Part shown: in pieces, positions 58,228 to 64,000 of the stretch | Layout of the letters: the number at the start of each line of letters is the position of its first letter | Numbering within the stretch: the stretch's first letter is position 1 | Source: a virus | Taxonomy: Duplodnaviria > Caudoviricetes | Length of the DNA stretch: 64,000 nucleotides | Virus record (IMG/VR): IMGVR_UViG_3300028048_001497 | Coordinates: 96,001 to 160,000 of that record | Reading direction: 5' to 3' (one strand) | Translations under genes and position numbers: made by a program | Notes under the pieces: generated by a model | Told to the model about the DNA's origin: nothing | Databases searched by the model: none | Seen by the model: only the letters and a program-made list of their open reading frames with translations

Positions 58228-59225
58228 TAATCACTAAAATTGTAACAAAAAGCTGGAATCCAAAAAACAAAAATTATTTTATTGATAAAGGCTATTCGTT
58301 TACAAAGATGTTTGATAAAATTAAAGTTAAAGTAAATGATTTGCCAAATAGTGATAAAAGTATAGTTGATTGTGAATGTAACCAATGCCATAAACATTTT
58401 ATAACTAAATATTATCGAGTTTATAATAATTGTTTATGTCAACAATGTAAAACAAAGATAACATATCAAAAAAAGTATGGTACAGACCATCCTATGAAGA
58501 ATAAACAATTTAAGAAAAAATTTGATAAATGTATTAAAGATAAATATGGTGTTGAAAATGTTTTTCAATTAGATTGTGTTAAAGAAAAAATTACAAAAAC
58601 GCTAATTAACAAATATGGTGTAGAACATCCATTACAAAACAAAAATATTTTAGAAAAAGAAAAGCAAACTAATCAGAAAAAATATGGTGTTGATTTTATA
58701 ATGCAAAATTCTGAAATGTTTAATAAATCTAAATCAACGTGTAAAAAACATTATAATGTTGATTCTCCATTAAAAAATAAAGATATTTTAAATAAACAAA
58801 GAAATACTATAAAAAATGGTTCTAAATATCAAAAATTAATTTGTCAATGGACAAATGGATTGTTTGATTATAAATTTTATCAGTATAAATTAGATATTGC
58901 TTTACTAGAAACAAAAACTGATATTGAATATGATGGTGGTGGGCATGATTTAGAAATTCAATTAAAGGGAAGTAGTTTACATGAATTTAAAATTAAAGAA
59001 AATGAACGCAATACTTTTTTAAACAAACACGGATGGAATGTTATTAGAATTGTATCTAAACATGACCGCTACATTAATAAAAACGATTTGCTTTTTTTAA
59101 TTCATATTTTAATTAACAAAAATATTAAATTAAGTATAATTAATATTGACAATGAAACTGTTGAATTTAATAATAAAACATTTTCATTTAACGATGTGTT
59201 GTTTAAAGGAGATAACAATGTCTAA
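58224..59225 (+). CDS. Free-standing endonuclease, Vsr/DUF559-like (EDxHD-type) with KYG repeats
   Basis: CxxC motifs, five KYGV/HYNV repeats, LDIAL...IEYDGGGHD...GWNVIRI. Confidence 0.8.
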   Translation: MIITKIVTKSWNPKNKNYFIDKGYSFTKMFDKIKVKVNDLPNSDKSIVDCECNQCHKHFITKYYRVYNNCLCQQCKTKITYQKKYGTDHPMKNKQFKKKFDKCIKDKYGVENVFQLDCVKEKITKTLINKYGVEHPLQNKNILEKEKQTNQKKYGVDFIMQNSEMFNKSKSTCKKHYNVDSPLKNKDILNKQRNTIKNGSKYQKLICQWTNGLFDYKFYQYKLDIALLETKTDIEYDGGGHDLEIQLKGSSLHEFKIKENERNTFLNKHGWNVIRIVSKHDRYINKNDLLFLIHILINKNIKLSIINIDNETVEFNNKTFSFNDVLFKGDNNV

Positions 59226-60979
59226 TAAAGAGTTACAAGTAAATAACAGATATGGTGTAAACCAAATTAAAATGTTGAAAGGTCTTGAAGCTGTAAGATG
59301 TAGAGCTTCTATGTACATTGGTTCTACGTCACAGTCAGGCATTGACCAACTTGTATATGAAATCATTGATAACTCTATTGATGAATTTGTAGCAGGTTGG
59401 GGTAATGAAGTAGATGTACACGTATATAAAGATTGTTCTGTAAAAGTTGTAGACCACGGCAGAGGTATTCCTGTTGGTAAAAGTGAAACGTTTAAAGACG
59501 AAGATGGTAATCCGATTGATACTTTGACAGGTATTCTTACAAATCTTCATGCAGGTGGTAAGTTTACATCTGATGGATACAAATGTTCATCGGGATTGCA
59601 CGGCGTTGGAAGTACATGTGTCAATGCATTATCTGATTCGTTTGACGTAATTGTTAAACGTGATGGATATACATGGCATCAACATTTTAGCGAAGGTAAT
59701 CCAACAACGGAAGTTGAAAAACTTGAACCAACTAAAGAAACAGGAACAATAATTAAATATCATCCTGATAAAAAGATTTTTAAATTAACATTACAACCTA
59801 GTGAACACATTAAACATCGTTTAAGTGAATTAGCTTCACTTAATGCAGGATTGAAAATTAATTATATTAATGAATTAACAGGAGATAATATTTCCTATCA
59901 TTTTGAAGATGGCATTACAGGATATACACTTCATATGATAGGTGATAAACAGAGATTGTATGATACTCCTTTTTCATTTGAAGATACATATGAAGAAGAA
60001 AATGGTCATGCAATTATGTGTGATATTTCATTTATCCACGATGATGAAACAGAACCTAATTCAAAACTAAAAAGTTTTGCAAATAACATTAATACTTATG
60101 AAGGTGGTTATCATCTTCAAGGTTTTAAAAACGGTTATAAAGATTGCATTAATAATTATGGCATCGAACGAAAACTTATTAAAGAACCTATTGAAATGCA
60201 ATATTTAATGGATGGTTTATATGCAACTATTTCTATTAAACTTTATCAACCGGAATTTGAAGGCCAAACAAAAACTAAATTAGGAAATAAAGAAGCCCAA
60301 GATGCAGTTGATTTTGTTATTCATAAATACTTTGAAAAAATTACAAAGCAAAAAAGCAAAAAAGAAATTCTTGATGCTATTGTAAATAGAGCAATCAAAG
60401 TAAAAGAAGCAGAATTAAATGCAAGAAAAGCTAGAGCAATTAGTCGAAAGTCTAAAAAACTTATGAAAACTAGTTTACCTGGTAAACTAGCAGATTGTTC
60501 TAATAAAAATGGATATACAGAATTGTGGATGTGCGAAGGTGATTCCGCAGCAGGAAGTATGAAAGAAGGACGAGAACGTTCATATCAAGCAGTATTAGGA
60601 TTAAGAGGTAAAATTCTTAATGTTAATAAGGCAGATATGAGTAAAATACTTGCTTCTGATACAATCAAAGGTATCGTTGCTTCTATTGGAGGTGGAATTG
60701 GGAAAACATTTAATTTGGATGATGTACGATATGATAAGATAATTATTGGCACAGATGCGGATGTGGACGGTGAGCATATAAGAACTCTAGTTCTTACATT
60801 GTTCTATTATTATATGCCAAAACTTATCGAATCGGGTCGTGTATATTCTGCACAACCACCACTTTATAGAATTATTAAAAAGAATAACGAATCTGTATAT
60901 TTATTAAGTGATTCAGAACTAAAAGAATATCGTAAAAAACATAAAGGTGAATCATATCAAGTAAACCGATTCAAAGGGT
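59218..60979 (+). CDS. gyrB: Type IIA topoisomerase subunit B, exon 1
   Basis: LKGLEAVR, EIIDNSIDE, DHGRGIP, GLHGVG, PGKLADC, EGDSA, LRGKILN, TDADVDG, ends RFKG. Start 59218 after AAGGAG. Confidence 0.95.
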
Positions 60980-61982
60980 GAGCGAAAAACTTGGCCCTCA
61001 CAGATTTTTCTATTTATCAGCAGGGTACACAATATAATGGTTGTGTGCTAACGGAACGAGCCTGACCGTGTAATGACGAAGGTAAGCCCGTGGGAACGAT
61101 TATATTTTTTCATTTTCACTTTATTTTACTTTTGAAGGTGGGGTGAAGTGAAATGAAAACAGGTGTATATAAAATAACAAACATTATAAATAAACAGTGC
61201 TATGTTGGAATTTCGTTAAATATTTTTAAACGTTGGAATACACATATTAATAATGTATATAATGATAATTGTCCTGAAAGTGACAAAGCATTGTATAAAG
61301 CCATGAGAAAATATGGTATTGAAAATTTTACTTTCCAAATTATTGAATTTTGTTCTGAAAATGAATTGCAACAAAAAGAAATTCAATGGATAAATCACTT
61401 CAATTCTTACAAAGATGGTTATAATGAAACTGTTGGTGGAGACATTGGTGGTTTTGAGAGGGGTGGAGATTTACATCCCAATCACAAATTAACTATTGAA
61501 GATGTTGTTGATATTCGTATGCGCTATGGCAAACTTGAACGAAAAAAAACGGTATATGAATTATATAGGAATAAAATTGGTAAAAGTGGTTTTGATAAAA
61601 TTTGGAATGGCGAAACTTGGAAAAATGTTATGATGGAAGTTTATACTAAAGAAAACAAACAACATCATAAAATTAATACAGGAAATTTGGGAGCTACAAA
61701 TGGTAGAGCCTTGCTGACTGTAGAACAAGTAAAAGATATTAGACAGCGAAAACGAAATGGTGAGAGTATCAAAACGGTGTTACACGACTACAAAGATGTT
61801 GTATCACAAAAATATTTATATAATGTTTGGAATGAATATACTTGGAAAGAAATATAATTGACCTGTATCGACTATCCCTCGGAAGGGGAGTAGGGGTGCT
61901 ATTGATACGTACCTCGAAAAGGTCTGACGGCTAGTAGCCGTTAAGAGATAGTCAGTGCTTATAGAAATATAAGGTAAACACG
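60980..61982 (+). ncRNA. Group I self-splicing intron (1003 nt)
   Basis: 5' exon ends in U and pairs AGGGU/GCCCU (P1). P7 is GACUA/UAGUC (R tatcgacta, S aagagatagtc). Terminal G. Removal restores RFKG-LGEMNP. Confidence 0.92.
61153..61857 (+). CDS. Intron-encoded GIY-YIG homing endonuclease
   Basis: GVYKITN...YVGIS...RW..H, GYNET, two C-terminal repeats (KLT..V.DIR...W). Confidence 0.9.
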   Translation: MKTGVYKITNIINKQCYVGISLNIFKRWNTHINNVYNDNCPESDKALYKAMRKYGIENFTFQIIEFCSENELQQKEIQWINHFNSYKDGYNETVGGDIGGFERGGDLHPNHKLTIEDVVDIRMRYGKLERKKTVYELYRNKIGKSGFDKIWNGETWKNVMMEVYTKENKQHHKINTGNLGATNGRALLTVEQVKDIRQRKRNGESIKTVLHDYKDVVSQKYLYNVWNEYTWKEI

Positions 61983-62173
61983 TAGGTGAAATGAATCCTG
62001 AACAATTAAAAGAAACAACAATGGATATTCATAATAGAACATTACGTAGAATTACACTTGAAGATGCCAAAGAAGTAGCAGAACTTTTTGAGACATTGAT
62101 GGGTAAAGATGTAACAAAACGCAAACAATTTATTGAAGCAAATTCTGATATGGTGGATTTGGAAGCACTATAA
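61983..62173 (+). CDS. gyrB: Type IIA topoisomerase subunit B, exon 2
   Basis: (L)GEMNPEQLKETTMD...LMG...RKQFI. Spliced CDS is 1953 nt, 650 aa. Confidence 0.93.
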
Positions 62174-62177
62174 AACT

Positions 62178-62211
62178 AAGGATAAGAGTAAAAATTACTC
62201 TTATCCTTTTT
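62178..62211 (+). terminator. Intrinsic terminator
   Basis: AAGGATAAGAGTAA / TTACTCTTATCCTT followed by a T-tract. Confidence 0.8.
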
Positions 62212-62289
62212 ATACAATAAATTAAGTGTTATTTTAAGATGTTTTAATTATTTTATATATAGAATAATAAATAAGGACGGTAGTAACAA

Positions 62290-62823
62290 ATGGCTGAGTT
62301 ATGGATTGCTATGGATATAGATGATGAATATGCAAAAAATCAATTAGCTTATTATCAAACTGTTTTAAAGGGTTATACTCATGGAGATTGGTGTGACCCT
62401 AATGATTTTCATATTACATTAGATTATATCGGTGAAAACGAAGATGATTTTGAAAAAGTAGTAGATGCTATGAAAATCTATGAAAAAGAAACGGATTTAT
62501 ATAATCAATATGTTTTTGGTAATAATGTTGGTCGTTTTGATGGCGGTGCTATGTGGATAGGTGTAGATGATAGTTTTAAATTATATCAGATACATTATCG
62601 TATAGAGGAATTATTAAAACAGGTTGGTTATCAAAAAGCTCCTAGCAAATTTCCTAATTATACACCACATATTACTATGGCTTTTAATACACCTAAAATG
62701 GATTTTTCTGTAAAAATGAGTAAAGTGCCGATTCCTGTTACGAATATTACTTTATGGAACTCATTTAAAGTAAATGGACAATATGTAGATAATTTTTTAT
62801 ATAAAATTAATTTGACGAAATGA
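62290..62823 (+). CDS. 2H phosphoesterase (ThpR/LigT-like)
   Basis: Two HxT motifs: FHITL and PHITM. Confidence 0.88.
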   Translation: MAELWIAMDIDDEYAKNQLAYYQTVLKGYTHGDWCDPNDFHITLDYIGENEDDFEKVVDAMKIYEKETDLYNQYVFGNNVGRFDGGAMWIGVDDSFKLYQIHYRIEELLKQVGYQKAPSKFPNYTPHITMAFNTPKMDFSVKMSKVPIPVTNITLWNSFKVNGQYVDNFLYKINLTK

Positions 62824-62836
62824 AAGAAGATTTATT

Positions 62837-63037
62837 ATGAATCAAGAATTGACTAGAAGTAAACATAAGCATGAGTATAGTAATGCAGGATTATACAATT
62901 GTCCTCATTGTCAACATATGTTTGAAGGAGAACAAGCATTACATGATATTTGTGCTAATTGTATGGGTGGAGACAAATATTTGGAGAAACCATTAACGGA
63001 TTTTGAAAAATTATTTAATCGTTTACAACGGAATTAA
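62837..63037 (+). CDS. Small zinc-ribbon protein
   Basis: CPHC...CANC. Confidence 0.6.
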   Translation: MNQELTRSKHKHEYSNAGLYNCPHCQHMFEGEQALHDICANCMGGDKYLEKPLTDFEKLFNRLQRN

Positions 63038-63080
63038 AAGGAAGTTATAGCACTTCCTTTTTTTCACAAATAATTTTTAG

Positions 63081-63110
63081 TTGACGATTTTATTCTTTTT
63101 GTGCTACAAT
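63081..63110 (+). promoter_or_regulatory. Sigma70/SigA-like promoter of gyrA
   Basis: TTGACG-18-TACAAT with extended TG, just after a terminator at ~63036-63064. Confidence 0.6.
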
Positions 63111-63144
63111 ATTGCTAAACAAAGAATGGAGGATAATATAGATT

Positions 63145-64000
63145 ATGGCAAAAAAACAAAAAGAAGATATAGAATCTTTGGTCGCAGAAGAAAATATTAT
63201 TGATTGTGATTTAAGAGACGAATTGCCACGTTCATACATGGATTATACTATGTTATCTATTATTGGACGTGCTTTGCCTGATATTCGTGATGGATTAAAA
63301 CCTGTTCAACGTAGAATTTTATATTGTTGCAAAGAAAAAGGCTATGATAGCAATAAGCAATATATTAAGAACGCTAAAATTAGTGGTGACGTAATGGGTA
63401 ATTATCATCCACACAGTTCTTGTTATGGTACAGTTGCTAATATGGCTCAACCGTGGGTATATCGTTATCCACTTATTGACTTTCATGGGAACGTTGGTTC
63501 AATTGATGGTGATTCACCTGCAAGTGAACGTTATACCGAAGGACGTTTAGCTAAAACGTCTTATGCAATTTTAGAAGATGTGTTAGATAAGCATTGTGTA
63601 GAATTTAGGGATAATTATTCTGAAACATTAAAAGAACCAGTTATTTTACCAGGTCTATTTCCTAATTTTTTAGCAAACGGTTGTCCAAATGCTATTGCAG
63701 TAGGTTATACATCTTGTGTTCCATCACATAATCTAAATGAAGTATGTGACGGTATCATTTATGCAATTAAGCATAAAGATTTTACGCTAGATGATATTTT
63801 AAAGATTATTAAAGGACCAGATTTCCCTTATGGTGGTATGATGCTTAAAAAAGGTATCAAATCACTTTATGAAACAGGCGAAGGTTCTTTATCTTTTAGA
63901 GCTAATTACAAAATTGAAAATAATGCAGAAAATGGTAATCCACAGATTGTATTTACAGATATGCCACCGTTTTCTGATAAACCAAAACTGATTGAAAAAA
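63145..64000 (+). CDS. gyrA: Type IIA topoisomerase subunit A (runs off the window; absent from the ORF track)
   Basis: Manual translation from ATG 63145 (SD GGAGG): RALPDIRDGLKPVQRRIL, YHPH, GNVGSIDGD, catalytic ERYTE, GPDFP. Confidence 0.93.
   Translation, partial: MAKKQKEDIESLVAEENIIDCDLRDELPRSYMDYTMLSIIGRALPDIRDGLKPVQRRILYCCKEKGYDSNKQYIKNAKISGDVMGNYHPHSSCYGTVANMAQPWVYRYPLIDFHGNVGSIDGDSPASERYTEGRLAKTSYAILEDVLDKHCVEFRDNYSETLKEPVILPGLFPNFLANGCPNAIAVGYTSCVPSHNLNEVCDGIIYAIKHKDFTLDDILKIIKGPDFPYGGMMLKKGIKSLYETGEGSLSFRANYKIENNAENGNPQIVFTDMPPFSDKPKLIEK

Noticed and set aside
59146-59217. Track start of gyrB (likewise 48684, 48018, 3699, 24041 for other genes)
   Set aside because: The extensions overlap upstream genes or elements or lack an SD, and downstream starts have clear SD sequences.
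561-61398. Numerous minus-strand and nested short ORFs in the track
   Set aside because: Nearly all are antisense or alternate-frame shadows of well-supported + strand genes, with no recognisable motifs.
61991-62173. 60-aa ORF as an independent gene
   Set aside because: It is gyrB exon 2; intron removal joins it in frame.
1-64000. Stop-codon reassignment, DGR, CRISPR array, tRNA/rRNA genes
   Set aside because: Very long ORFs are intact under code 11 and the TGA in gyrB is explained by the intron. I recognised no reverse transcriptase, array or structural RNA gene, though short RNAs could be missed by eye.

Overview
This AT-rich 64-kb window is almost entirely + strand coding and reads as part of a large (probably jumbo) contractile-tailed phage, most likely of a Bacillota host, using standard code 11. 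In order it contains: (i) an intein-containing C5-cytosine methyltransferase homologue whose motif-X Asn is replaced by Arg, suggesting a carboxymethyltransferase; (ii) an IS200/IS605 (IS1341-type) tnpB element; (iii) a tail/baseplate module with two paralogous tail-assembly chaperones and three colinear ~2000-aa tape-measure-like paralogues with different C-terminal regions (two carry recognisable peptidoglycan hydrolases), followed by tube/hub/spike/wedge/baseplate-J/fibre genes, one fused to a degenerate glycoside hydrolase; (iv) a replication module (PC4-like SSB, HTH protein, SF2 helicase with mini-intein, DnaC-like loader, DnaB, GIY-YIG endonuclease, stand-alone primase zinc finger, two HU); (v) type IIA topoisomerase genes. 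gyrB has an endonuclease cassette inserted at its 5' end and a GIY-YIG-encoding group I intron, and gyrA (truncated by the window edge) has an altered quinolone-resistance region. Two near-identical 375-bp tnpB-deleted mini-elements keep a promoter and a full omega-RNA scaffold and both sit 4 bp upstream of a TATAAT box. All calls come from manual motif reading; no searches were run.
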